A stretch of 64,000 nt of DNA, taken from Lama glama. Lineage: Eukaryota. Shown here piece after piece: positions 1-12,026 of this stretch. Each line of letters starts with the position of its first letter. Within the stretch, counting starts at the first letter, position 1. The notes beneath the pieces were generated by a model. It was not told where the DNA came from, did no database searches, and saw only the letters and a program-made list of their open reading frames with translations. The stretch is taken from positions 45,138,001-45,202,000 of the forward strand of contig CM052818.1 of the NCBI GenBank assembly GCA_028534125.1, written 5' to 3'. The position numbers and the translations under genes are program-made.

Positions 1-241
1 TCTCCTTGTCTCTCTCTGTCTCTCCCTCCTCCTCCTCTGTCTCCTTGAGTGAGCACAGAAGAAAATCTAGGTGAAGACAGAAAGAGAAGTGGCTGTCTGC
101 AAGCCAGGAAAAGGGCCCTCACCAGAAACCCAATCATCCAGAACCTTGATCTTGGACTTTCCAGCCTCCAGACCTGTGAAAATATAAATTTCTATTGTTT
201 AAGCCCCCAAGTATTTTGTTAGGACAGCCCAGACTAAGACA
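1..241 (+). mobile_element. MaLR MLT1A-like LTR, 3' part
   Basis: Diagnostic gccctcaccagaa...ccttgatcttggacttTccagcctccaga..ctgtga..aataaatttct.ttgtttaagcc...actaagaca. Confidence 0.85.
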
Positions 242-1285
242 GATGATACTCAGTCTAGTTTTGCAGATAAGAAACAAGTTCAGAAGGGTGACATGGAGTC
301 TGAAAGGAGGAGTGAGCAATTAACAAGCAGCTGGGGGAAGGGATCACTTTTCATCCAGAAATGCAAGGGCTTAGAGGTACAGACAGAGGCTGGTGCAGTC
401 AGAGAAGAGGGCAGTGCCTGGGGTGAGAACCTGGGGTGCCATTCTAAGGCAGCCATATGCCTTGAATAAAGAACTGGGGGCATATGGTTGGGCATGAATA
501 TGTAAATGAGCCTAATTCTGGGAAATCCAAATTATGAGGGTGCAGCCTGTACACCAGGAGTGGGTGGCACAGCCTCAAAAAACCTCAGTCCTGAGAACAT
601 CAGTGGAATCCATGTCACGAGCAATACCTGAGGTTCTTTTCACCGAGTGTGTATCACAAAGACAACCAAAGAGGTAGAAACGCTGAACCTCACGGCAGAA
701 TGAACAGAGTTTCCCGAGCCATAAATGCAGGATACAAAATCGGCTTCCCCTGTTCACAGCTAATCTCTCCTCCGTGGTAGCTAGGATATACCACGTCATT
801 TTCCTCTTTCTTCCTTCTGTTTTCTGTGTTAACTGCAAATCTACTTTTTCATCTCAGGAAGATCCACAGGCAACATCCCAAGGTTCCACGCTGAAAAATG
901 ATGGAAAAAGGGTTCTTAGCATCTTTGTCCTCACTTGTCTTCCGTTGGCTAATTTTTCTTGTCCCCACTGGCCCTTTCTTTTTCTGCCCTTGAATAAATG
1001 TCTGAAGGAACAACTAATCTCCCAAGCAAATGGGCACCTCTATTTCTCTGGGCAGCCATGGCGAGAATATTGAGTAGGGTTTAGAAGAAAAAGACATCTG
1101 GGCTATTTCCCTAAAAGCTCTCCCCAATACATAAAGTCCTTTAAATGATAATTGCTGACTTGGTCTGGTTATCAGCCACCCCCTCCACCTCCCCAGCAGC
1201 TGGGCTGAAAAGCTATCTGCCAACTGGCTCCATGGAGCTGGCTTTTAACTCTCCCAACCCCATCATAGCGCACGTTTGTCTATCC

Positions 1286-1326
1286 GTACATGCACACACG
1301 TACATGCACACACGTACATGCACACA
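1286..1326. repeat. 14-bp tandem repeat x3
   Basis: (gtacatgcacacac) repeated about three times. Confidence 0.85.
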
Positions 1327-2238
1327 GAGATATATTTAACAGTATGTGTGAGACAGAGGCCTCATAGAAAATGACCCCTGCCCTCAAGCAGGAAAGATGT
1401 GTGTAAATATGTGAAAAACTTATGTGCAAAGCAAGAGTTCATGGAAGAGAGAATCCTTCAGACAGAGGTAGCTCAATCTTTAGTAAAGCTATCTCCCCCT
1501 GACCCATTGGGTGCTCACGACAGCTCCAAGAAATGCTCGGGGCAAAGATGGCAGAGCAGAAGAGGATGGAGGGGTTAAGCTATTGGGATTCTCAGCAGAG
1601 AGAAGGAAGATTGGCCTCTCAAAGCCATCAGCAGGAACAATCGTTTCATCTGTAGTCTTGGCAGACTGTCTATGCCAAAGAAGCAGCTTAAACAAATAGA
1701 CCTTGATTTTGATGGTTTTCAAATGGGAGCCGTGTTGATTTACCCAGTGTCTGACTTTTGCAAAAATCACACCATTTGAGCTCTAGAGCACGCTATTCCC
1801 CACCTCCTGGGGTAAATTGACTTTTAAATGAGTGCAGCGAAACACTCAAATCTCTGTAAGGAGGATGAAGGCTAAGAAGTGCGCCTCCCTCTTACACATT
1901 TGTGTCGGTTTCTGAAGAGGTTTCTGTGACTTTTCAGACCAGAAGTGTTGTACCTTTTCCTGCTGCAGCAGGCATGAGAAAGCCAGTGGGGCCAGATACT
2001 GGTGAGAGTGGACTCAAGGCTGAGAAGCTGGGACGGGGCTGGCTCTGATCAGGGACTCAAGGAATACCAAGAAAGCCACCCTTTCTCCTTACTTACCTTG
2101 CACACATAAAGAGGAGAGAGGAGTGTGCACTTGGAGCGCTGTCCCAGCCTGTGTCTGGGGACTCCTGGGCTCTCACAGCGAGGATGCTGAACACTGTATC
2201 CATCCATCGCCTATCCGTCATGGCTCCAACAAACATTT

Positions 2239-2724
2239 TGCTACTGAGTCCAAGCTCATACTGCTCATCACACAACAGGCCCATTAATCAAGGGACGAGT
2301 TGTTGGGGCAACGAATAGCGACTGTATTCAGAAAGCCAGCAGACTGAGAAGATGGTGGACTAGCGTCCCAAAGGGCCATATTACCTGAGTTAGAATTCAG
2401 GCTTCTTTTATACTAAAAGGAGAGGGAGTAAAGTCAAACATTTCCTGTTCCGGTCAGCCTCCAGAGGGGAGGTGTTAATTTCTTCCTTCTTGCAGTCATT
2501 CACAGGTGGGCCTGGTCAGGATGTTGCCTATGAGCTAAACAAAGATATTTTAGCTTAAGGCTCATTACCTGGGAGGCAGGTTCCCAGAGATGGGCCATTA
2601 TGCATAATTTAAGCTTATAGGCAACATCCCTTTAGTGATTATCTTGTAGGAAAAGCAATAGAATACAAATGTTAAAGTAAAAGAAACACCCAATGTGGAA
2701 TCAGATTTGTGCTTCCCTATTACA
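2239..2724 (-). mobile_element. ERV1-type solo LTR
   Basis: TG...CA termini; 4-bp flanks attt/gttt (1 mismatch); minus-strand TATAAAA at 2406-2412 and AATACA at 2323-2328; minus-strand start tgtaatagggaagcacaaatctgattcca is typical of ERV1 LTRs. Confidence 0.78.
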
Positions 2725-3595
2725 GTTTCTCAAGCCCCTCTCACCTCGCTCCCACTGCTACGCTGGATGCTGTTCAGGAGGAGCTAGAAATGAATCTGAA
2801 GAGGCTCCTGCCTTCACTGACCTCACACATACACACATAAGGACATGCTAGTGTGACACCCAAAGAGCAGTCTCTTGAAAACTTTTGGCTGGACCACTGG
2901 CTCCAAAGCTCAATGAAGTCAGACAGACCCAGGTTCGAAGCCCAGCTCTGCCACTTACTAGCTTTGTCTTCCTGAGCCTCAGATTTCTCAGTGGGAAGTT
3001 TCCAAGTCAAGTAAATGAAACTGAAAACAATCCTGGGTGTGACATCTCTGAGCACACGGTGGGTGTTCAATAAATGTTAGTTCCCAACCTCCGTCCTGTC
3101 AGCCTACAGGACGGAATGTGGAGACGGGGATAGAACAGGTCCTGACGGGGGCGAGAGAGACCCCTTCCCTTTACCTATGCATGTCACTCTTCTATTCTGT
3201 AAAGGAAGCTGCTGGCCTGCTCCTGCCCAAACCATTCCGCTTCCGTGCTCCTTCTGGCTTCTCAGCCTCGTATACCCGGCACCCAGATGCACAGTGGACA
3301 TCAGTACGGGTTCCATTAAATAAGGTCCTTCCAGCTTCTCTCAAGTCAGCAGCAGCTCGGCATCTTCTGGTGGCTGTGTTGCAGCGTTCCCTTCTCAGCA
3401 ATCCTCATGTGTTTTTCAGGATATAGGTTCACCTGCAATAAAGATCCAAACACATGAGAGAGCAATAAACTTCTACCATATAGACAATCAGGGAAGGCAG
3501 GGGTCTTCTGTGGGCATTTAGTGTCCTCAAGGCCTCACGCTAACAATTATATGTGGTATCTAACTTAATCCTCCTAACAATGCTGGAGGAGAGGG

Positions 3596-3964
3596 TGTTG
3601 TGGACTGAATGTTTGTATCCCCCCCAAAATTATGTTTTGAAGCCCTGATTCCCAGTGTGGCTGTATTTGGAGATGGGGTTTTTGAGGAAGTAACTAAGAT
3701 TAAATGAAGTCATAAGGGTGGGGCCCTGATCCAACAAGGTTAGTGTCCTTATAAGAGAGGCACCAGGGGGCTCACACTCTCTGCCATGTGAGGACATACG
3801 AGGAGACTGTCTGCAAGCCAGGAAGGGAGCTCTCAGCAGGAACCAAACCAGCAGCACCTTCACCTTGGACTTCCAGCCTCCGTCTGTGAGAAAACAAATT
3901 TCTGTTGTGTTAAGCCACCCAGTCTACGGTATTTTGTTTTGGCAGTCCAAGCTGACCTAAGGCA
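3596..3964 (+). mobile_element. MaLR MLT1A-like LTR inserted in a MIR
   Basis: tg.tgtggactgaatgtttgt.tccccc start, taagattaaatgaagtcataagggtggggccctgatcca core, typical 3' end. Confidence 0.88.
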
Positions 3965-4231
3965 GATGATAGTTACTCTAGTTTTACAAATAATAAAAAT
4001 AGGTCCAAAAACGTGACATGACTTGCTGAGGTCACACAGCCACTCCCTGGTAAAGCCAGGATTTGGGCCTGGGTTTGCCACACCTCCCCAAGGCCAGTGC
4101 TCCCTGTACTGTCCCCAGCCACCTCTTTTGATGGCCACATGTTTTGTGGCAAAAATGTGGTTAGAATCCTGCACTTTAATGTTTAGGGCAGGATTTCCCA
4201 AAGAGATTCCTGGGAGCCCTAACTCTGTAAG

Positions 4232-4602
4232 ATGTTCTATGGATGCAGTTGTGTCTTCCAAATAAGATGCCCTAAAGTTCTAACTCCCAGGACCTTAGAA
4301 TGTAACCTTATTTAGAAATAGGTCTTTGCAGATGTAACCAAGTTAAAATGAGGTCATTAGGGTGGGCCCTAATCCAAAATGATCAGTGTCCTTTTCAAAA
4401 GGGGAAATTTGGACAGAGACAGATGCACACAGAAGGAAGACAGTGTGAAGAGACACAGGGAGACCGCTATGAGGATGGAGGTTGGAGTGATGTCTCTACA
4501 GGCCAAAGAATACCCAAGGCTACTGGAAGCTGGGAGAGAGGCGTGCAACACATCCATCGCCACCACCTTCAGAGACAGCATGGCCCTGTCAACACCTTGA
4601 TC
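4232..4602 (+). mobile_element. MaLR MLT1B/C-like LTR, 3' truncated
   Basis: gaatgtaaccttatttagaaataggtctttgcagatgta...atgaggtcattagggtgggccctaatcca. Confidence 0.82.
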
Positions 4603-5009
4603 TGCTCTCCTGTTGATGATGGGAAGGCAGTGGGAATTCAACTTGAACCCCACTCAGTCACTTCCATTTCAAACTTTGATTCTTTGGCATGTGTGCTCAA
4701 ATTCAGGCTCTGCCTTCCCCTCTTCCTCCCTAGAAGGACATCCGTGTGCAGGGGCAGCTCAAGTCCAGGAGGACAAGGCGGGCACTTGTCCTCCCCATTC
4801 TCCAGCCATGCTGCCAGGTCCTCACACATCATGGCCTGGCATCCACGGGCTCCTCCTGTAGGCAGGCCACATGCTACATCGCCACCTCCTCCTCATCGCC
4901 CCACCCCCAAGCCTCTTCTGGTTTATGACCCTCCCATCGAGGCTGCTGGGCACCAGCGACCTCTCAAAGGCATCTCCCAAGCAATGCTGGGGTCTGTGGA
5001 ATCCTGTGG

Positions 5010-6000
5010 GCAGACACCTCACCAAGGAAGATACAAAGACAGCAAAGCACGTGAGAAGATTCTCAACATCACACATCATTAGGGAATTGCAAATCAGAAC
5101 TGCAGTGAGACGCCACTTCATACCTATCAGAACGGCCAAAATCCAAAGCACCGGTAACACCAAGTGCTGGCAAGGATGTGGTGTAGCCGGAATTCTTATT
5201 CATTGTTGCTGGGAATGCAAAGTGGTACAGACGCTTTGAAAGACTGTTTGGTGGTTTCTTACAAACTAAACATACTCCTGCCCCATGATCCAACAATTGT
5301 GCTCCTTGGTACTTACTCAAAAGGGTTGAAAACAAACATATAAACCTGCACATGGACATTTACAGCAGCCCTAGTCATAACTGCCGAAACTGGGGAACAA
5401 CCCAGCTGTCCTTCAGTGGGTGAATGGATAAATCAACTGCGGTGCATCCAGACAATGGAGTATTATTCAGCACCAAAAAAAAGAGCTATCAAGCCATAAA
5501 AAGACACGGAGGAAACTTAAATGCATATTAGTAAATTTAAAAAGTTCATCTGAAAAAACTACATACAGTATGATTCCAATTTATGACATTCTGGAAAAAA
5601 AAAAACAACAGTGGAGACAGTTAAAAGACCAGCGGTTGCAGGGGGTGGGGGGATGGGAGAGATGAACAGGCAGAGCACGGAGGGTTTTCAGGGAATTGAA
5701 AATACTCTGTGTGATATTATAGTGAAGGATATATGTCATTACACATTTATCCAGACAACAGAATGTGTACCAAGAGTGAATCCTAGGTAAACTATGAACT
5801 TTGGGTGATTACAGTGTGTCTTTGTAGGTTTTCCTTGGCAAAAAAAATTAAAAAGTGTACCATTCTGCTGAGTGATGTTGACAATGGGAGAGGCTATGCA
5901 TGTGTGGAGGCAGGGAGTATGGGGGAACTCTCTGTACCTTCCTCTGAATTTAGCTATAAACCTAAAATGCTCTAAAACATAAAGTCTTTAAAAAAAAATA
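5010..6000 (+). mobile_element. Old L1 (L1MC-like) ORF2 end and 3' UTR
   Basis: catcattagggaattgcaaatc..., ttgctgggaatgcaaagtggtaca, atccagacaatggagtattattcagc, accaagagtgaatccta, A-rich end. Confidence 0.85.
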
Positions 6001-6029
6001 GGGTCTATGAAAGTAAATAAATAAATCAG

Positions 6030-8110
6030 CAAACCTGGAATTGATACAGGGCATCTATGAAAAGCCTGCATACTTAATGGTACTTTACTTAATGGTAAAG
6101 GGCTGAATGCTTTCTCCCAAGGATTGAAAACAAGGTGAGGATGTCCACTGCCACTACTCATATACAGTGAGATCCGAGCCAGTGCAATGAGGAAGGAGGA
6201 GGAGAAGGAGGAGGATGGGGAGGAAAAAGTTGTACAAATAGGAAGAAAGTAAACTGCCGTTATTCACAGATGACAGGACTGTCTACGTAGAAAACTAAAT
6301 AATCTACAACAAAAGCTACCAGCTTAGCAAGACCACAGGAAACAAGCTCAATATACAAAAAGTCAGCTGTATTTCTACATACAAGCAACAAACGATTGGA
6401 AATAAGAATATATATGCATATATAGCATAAATATAAGTATTTAGAATAGTATCAGAAGCATGAAATACTTAGTGATAAAACTTTTAAAATACGTAGTTTT
6501 CTATATGCTGAAAACCACAAAACACTGATAAGTGAAATCAAGGAGAACCTGAATAAGTGGGGAGATATACCATGTTTATGGATCAGAAGCTTCAGTACTG
6601 TTAATAAGTCAGTTCTTCTAAAATTGATCTATCTATGTAGATTCTGAGTGATGCTAATACAAATCCCAGAAGGCTCTTGCTGTAGAAATCAACCAACAAC
6701 TTGTTTGGAAATGCAAAAAATAAAATAAAGTAAAACAAAATAGTCTAACAATATTGAGAAAGAAGAATAAAGTAGGAGGAATCACACTATTGGATTTTAG
6801 GACAATATAAAGTCACAGGAGTCAAGACAATGCGGTATCAATGAAAGAAAAGGCATGTGGATCAATGGAACAAAACAAAGAATCCAGGAGAAATACACAC
6901 GGATGGTCCATTGATGTTTTACTGAAGTGAAGAGGTAATTTGTGGAGAAAGATTAGTCTTTTCAACAAATGGTGCACAAACAATTGGATATCCATACACA
7001 CACAAAAATGAGAACCTCAACCATCCCTCACACTGGATACAAAACTTAACTCAAAATACATCATAGACTTAAGTGCAAAACCCCAAACTGTAAAACTCTG
7101 AGAAGAAAAGATAAAAGAAAACCTTTTAGACCTGAGAATTAGGCAAGGTTTTTTTAGATAAGACACAAAAAGCGGTAGTAATCAAAACAGGAAAAAAATT
7201 AAACAGCTCTTTGAAAGACACTTTAAAAGTGAAAAAGCAAACCATCAACTGGGGAAAATATGATATGGTATGATAAAAAAATTCAAAATATTTCTAAAAT
7301 CTCAAAATTCACCAAAACAAGCCCATTTTAAAATCAGGCAAAATATCTGAACGCTTAAGTGAAGAAGACATATGGATGGTAAATAGCACGTGAAAAGATG
7401 TTCAACGTCATTAGTCATTATGAAATACCAATTAACCCCACGAGATACCACCATGCTCTATAAGAAAGGCTAAAATCAACAGATAGATAGATAGATAGAC
7501 AATATTAAGTACTCAAAAAGATACAGACCAATTAAAACTCTCATGCACAGTTTGGGAGTTTCTCAAAAAGTTCAACACACCCCCACCATATGATCCACAT
7601 CTAAGTACTTACCTAAGAGAAATATAAGCACATGTTGGTAGAAGGAGTTGTACCTGAATGTTCATAGAAGCTGTATTGGTAAGAGCTCCAAACTGGAAAT
7701 AACCCAGGTGTTCTTTAACGGGTGAATTGATAAATAGTCTTAGGTTCAAGCCAAGACTCAGCAATAAAAAAGAATGAACTACTGACACACCCAATGGCAT
7801 GAATGATTCTTTCAAAGCATTATGCTAAGAGAAAGAAGCCCAGTGCAAAAAGCTACTATATGACTTCATTTAAAAGCCGTTCAGAAAAGGGCAAAACTCT
7901 AAGAAATCCAGAGGCTGCCAGGGGCTGAGGGTGGGAGGGGTGACTGACTTCAAAAGGGACAAGAGGAAAAAGAGGAAACTTTGGGGAATGAAGCAAATAT
8001 TGTCTGGATCATGATGATATTTACCCAACTATGCACATTTGGCAAATATCACAGAACTGTAAACCTGAATTTTATGATACATCAATTACATTGTAGAACA
8101 AACTTGACTT
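6030..8110 (+). mobile_element. Old L1M fragment (ORF2 RT/C-terminal region plus 3' UTR), degraded
   Basis: A-rich with L1 ORF2 landmarks: ttattcacagatgacaggactgtctacgtagaaaa, gatataccatgtttatggatcagaag, gtcttttcaacaaatggtgc, aaaagatgttcaacgtcattagtcatta. Confidence 0.85.
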
Positions 8111-8850
8111 AAAATTTTTATCACGATTACACATTCAGATAATGTTCTCTCTTTTTAAGCAGAAATGTACCATTAAAAGGGAGAAAAGAAGCATCATTTA
8201 TGCAAATTTCTTCTGATTAATACATGACTAAATACCATATTTTTGCATAGAGAGAGCTATAAATAAAGACATATATCACACTCACATGGTACGTTGTGTA
8301 TGTGGCACCTGACAGGGAACGTTCAGAGTCGCTGCTCCTGTAATAGTCCCTGCACAGAATCGAGCTGAGGAAAGTGGTGGTGAGTATTAATTCTTGCTTC
8401 TCACCCATGTCCCTCGCCGCGGCAGGGGAGGTAGGCGCCACCACTGTTATTACTCTCTGCACGTCATAAATGCAAAGATGAAGTTAAAGACTTTGCTAAA
8501 GGTCACATGGCAGGTCGGTGGCAAACCCTGAACTTGGATCCACGTCTTTTTACCATAGGGAAAAATTGTAAATTTTCCTTAATCTTCTCCCCAGAGATGA
8601 CAAAGAGAAAAATGTCAGGCAGGAATGATGGGTGGCAGCCTAGCTGAGGGGAAAATCCATGAGCAGGAAGAAAACCTGTTTACAGACCTGCAGGCTATTC
8701 TGAGTGCTTTCCACAGACCAGCTCAGTGATGTGACCACGCCGCCCACGTCTCTGCTCGGCGCCTGCCAGGTGGCGTTGGCCCAGGTGACAGGAGCGGGGA
8801 CACACCAGATGCTGTGCGTCTGTTCCTTCTTGGCTCTGACCGGTTGTGAG

Positions 8851-9348
8851 GTGGAAACAGCCCCTCTGGGGACAGGCGACCTGGACCCCAATCCAGCTGC
8901 AGCCCACATCCACCGTGGTGTCCTGGGGCCCAGGAGAGCAGGGCAGCCTGGAACCTTCTCTTGCAGATAAGCTGACTCCCGCGTCCCTGCCCTGTGGACC
9001 TTCCCTTTCCCCCTGGGGCCCCAGGGGGAGCAGAACTCCCCTCTAGGCCCCAGGAGGCTCCCCTGCCCAGGCCCCCTCACCCCTGGGGGGGGCCCCATCT
9101 TGTTCACCCCCAGCTGTGTCTCCCAAAGTGAGTTCCTCTCTCCTCCAGCTCTGCGGGAAACTTAAGGGGCATTTTCAAAAGAGTTCTGAGGGAAAATAAA
9201 ACAGTTCTGTGGGAAATTCTGGGCTGAACAAAGTGTCACGGATTGGAAGGTTCTCCAGGCCTGTCCTGGGCCCCAGGATACCCCCGTGGACGTGGGCTGG
9301 AGCCGGACTGGGGTCCAGGCTGGCTGACCCCAGAGGGGCTTCTTCCAC
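8851..9348. repeat. Inverted repeat, 88-bp arms (8851-8938 and 9261-9348)
   Basis: Manual ungapped alignment of arm 1 to the reverse complement of arm 2 gives 74/88 identities. Confidence 0.9.
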
Positions 9349-9349
9349 T

Positions 9350-9765
9350 TGTGTGTCCCCAAAAGATATGTTGAAGTCAGAATGTGACCTTATTTGGAAA
9401 CAGGCTTTTTATCAGTGTAATTAGTTAAGAAGTAGGGTAGGTTCTTAGTCCAGTGTGACAGGTGTCCTTACAAGAAGAGGAGAGGGACACTTGCAGGGAG
9501 AAGACGGGCTAGCGATGACAGTCACAGCGAGGCCGCGGCTGGAGGGTTGCAGCTGCAGAGCAGAGAACGCCAAGGATGGCCGCGTCACCAGAAGCCCGAG
9601 GAGGCGGGAAGGACCGGCCCCGGTGGGTTTCACTGGGAGCCGGGGCCCTGCTGACACCTTGATTTGGGGCTTCCAGCCTCCAGAACTATGAGAGAATAAA
9701 TTTCTGTTGTTTTAAACCACCCAGTTTGTGATACACTGTTACGGCTGCCGGGAGAAATTAATGCA
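9350..9765 (+). mobile_element. MaLR MLT1 LTR
   Basis: tgtgtccccaaaagatatgttgaagtc...gaatgtgaccttatttggaaa...cttccagcctccagaactatgagagaataaatttctgttgtttt. Confidence 0.85.
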
Positions 9766-11623
9766 CAGAGTTTAAAAGAATTCTGTACTTCTCAGACTTT
9801 TATAAGCTCACCTGCAAGAGTTCCCAAGAGGGAGGAAACAAGCCTCATTTTCTCCAGGTATTTTGCCACAGAACTCTCTTCCTCGAAGAAGAGTTGTTCC
9901 ATGAAAGGATCTTTGGGAAACGGGGGCTTTCAGGACTTGTCTGTGACACCCCAGGCAGATGACACAGAATGAGGGGCCAGGCAGGGTCCACACAGCCTGG
10001 GTGCCCCTCCAAGGAAGGTACTCTGTCCCACAGGCCCACAGCCCGGTCCCCCCAGAGAGCCCTGCTCCTGTGCAGGGAAAGAATGAGTAAAAGCAAGAGG
10101 CCCCTGATTGGCAGTCAAGTCGTCCTCCTGATGGGTGACTGACCCCCTCCAACTCCAGGGCTCCCCTCAAAGGGAGGCAACACAGGACATTTGCTGGCCT
10201 CTCTGTCCTCATCTCCCACCCTCCTTACCCCTTGCACACCAGTGCATTAGTTATACCAAACTAAAACGTGTCGTGCTTTCTCTCCTCTGGGCCTTTGCAC
10301 ATGCTGCCCTTGTGGTCTAGAATAACCATCTTTTCCCACTCCAAACCCACCCTCTGTCCCCTGGGTGGATTGCCGCTCATTCTTTAAGGCCAAGTTCAGA
10401 GCCTAAGGAAGCCCTGCGCCAGCACCTTATAGAAGGCCTGACTGCAGTCCTGACACCCGGTCTCCAGCCTGCAGTGGGACCCAGTGGAGAGAGACGGGCC
10501 TCAGTGTCCCCACACCCAGTTCAGGGTGGCCTCCTCACTGTGACCGTGGGCCCTTATTTTACCTTCTCCAACTTTCTGTTTTCTCATCTATCAACAGTGC
10601 CTATTTGTGAGACTTCTGTGAAAATAAAATAACGTATTAAAGATGCCAAACATCTAATCAAATAAGTAAAACAGTACCGTTTTTACTACAGTGTCTGTCT
10701 AGGGGCATGTCTTGCCAGCTGGACCACGAGCCCCTTGAGGGCAGGACGGTGTGCGTCCTTCCTCTTGGAGTCCAGGTCCCTGTCACAGCCCTGATCACAG
10801 AAGCCACGGTTTCCAACCGAACCAGACGGCCCTCCGGGGGCAGAGCCAGCTGCAGTGTGTGTTGTCAGCCCTCCTTCTTTCCGTTTCACCACCCTGGCTC
10901 CCCTGACTCAGTGCAGCAGCAGCAGCACCCGCTGGGCCGCTCCGGAACCATCCTCGGCACTTTCCCCACCACGGAGAGCAGGGCAGCCAAGGAGCACAGG
11001 GTGATGGTGAGTCCTGGGGACTGAATTCGCTGGCGGGGGTCTGCCCCAGCACTCCCCGTCTCCTCCACACCCACCTCTCCCCCATTAGCAGAGCAGAGCA
11101 GGCAGCATTTCCTCCCTCGGAGTGTCCTTGTCATTTACCAAAGCAAGCTGAAAACTGCTGAAGCAGATCCTGCTGAAAAGAAGGGCCTGGGCAGGAGGTG
11201 GGGTGAGAAGCTGCACTGTGGCAGACTCCACGCTGCGGGGGGAGGCGCCCTCCTTCCACCTGCTGTAACTCTTTCCCTTTTCCAAATTTATATAGCATAC
11301 TGATACAAAAAAAAAAAAACCCATGCATTTACTAAACACATCTTGAGCATCTTCTGTTCACCAAGTTCTGTGGAAATCATGGGGACAAAATAAAAGTTTT
11401 AAAGTCCTACATTTAAGAGATCTACTAGTGAAGGTACAAGCTAAATGGCTGGCACTAAAACTCCCCAAATACGATGGCCCAAACCATAAGTGAATTTCTT
11501 TTTTCTCTTTTGGAAAAGATCAGAGGTGACTTCTACTCCACAAGGTAATTCAGGGAACCAGGTCCCTTCTGTCTTTTTTCTTATTATGGCATAACTTACA
11601 TTATAATAAAGTACAGAAATCCT

Positions 11624-12026
11624 GCAGCAACATGGATGTTACTAGAGAATGTCATTCTAAGTGAAGTAAGCCAGAAAGAGAAAGAAAAATACCATATGAG
11701 ACCGCTCATATACAGAATCTAAAAAAAACCCATAAATACAAAACAGAAACAGACTCATAGACATAGAATACAAACTTGTGGTTGCCAAGGGGGTGGGGGG
11801 GTGGGAAGGGACAGACTGGTATTTAAAAATGTAGAATAGATAAACAAGATTATACTGTATAGCACAAGGAAATATATACAGGCTCTTGTGGTGGCTCACA
11901 GCAAAAGAGAATGTTGACAGTGAATGTACGTATGTTCATGTATAACTGAAAAATTGTGCTGTACACTGGAATTTGACACAACATTGTAGAATGACTATAA
12001 CTCAATAAAAAAAGTTTAAAAAAATA
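11624..12026 (+). mobile_element. Young 5'-truncated L1 3' end with TSD
   Basis: gcagcaacatggatg..ctagagaatgtcattctaagtgaagtaagccaga..., AATAAA plus A tail; TSD aataa[a/g]gtacagaaatcct at 11605-11623 and 12027-12045. Confidence 0.88.

Noticed and set aside
4348..5359. 244-aa ORF and neighbours
   Set aside because: They run across MLT1, unique and L1 sequence; chance or repeat-derived frames.
8763..8777. Additional CTCF-like motifs (also ~48252, ~40632)
   Set aside because: Several mismatches to the core; not distinguishable from background by eye.
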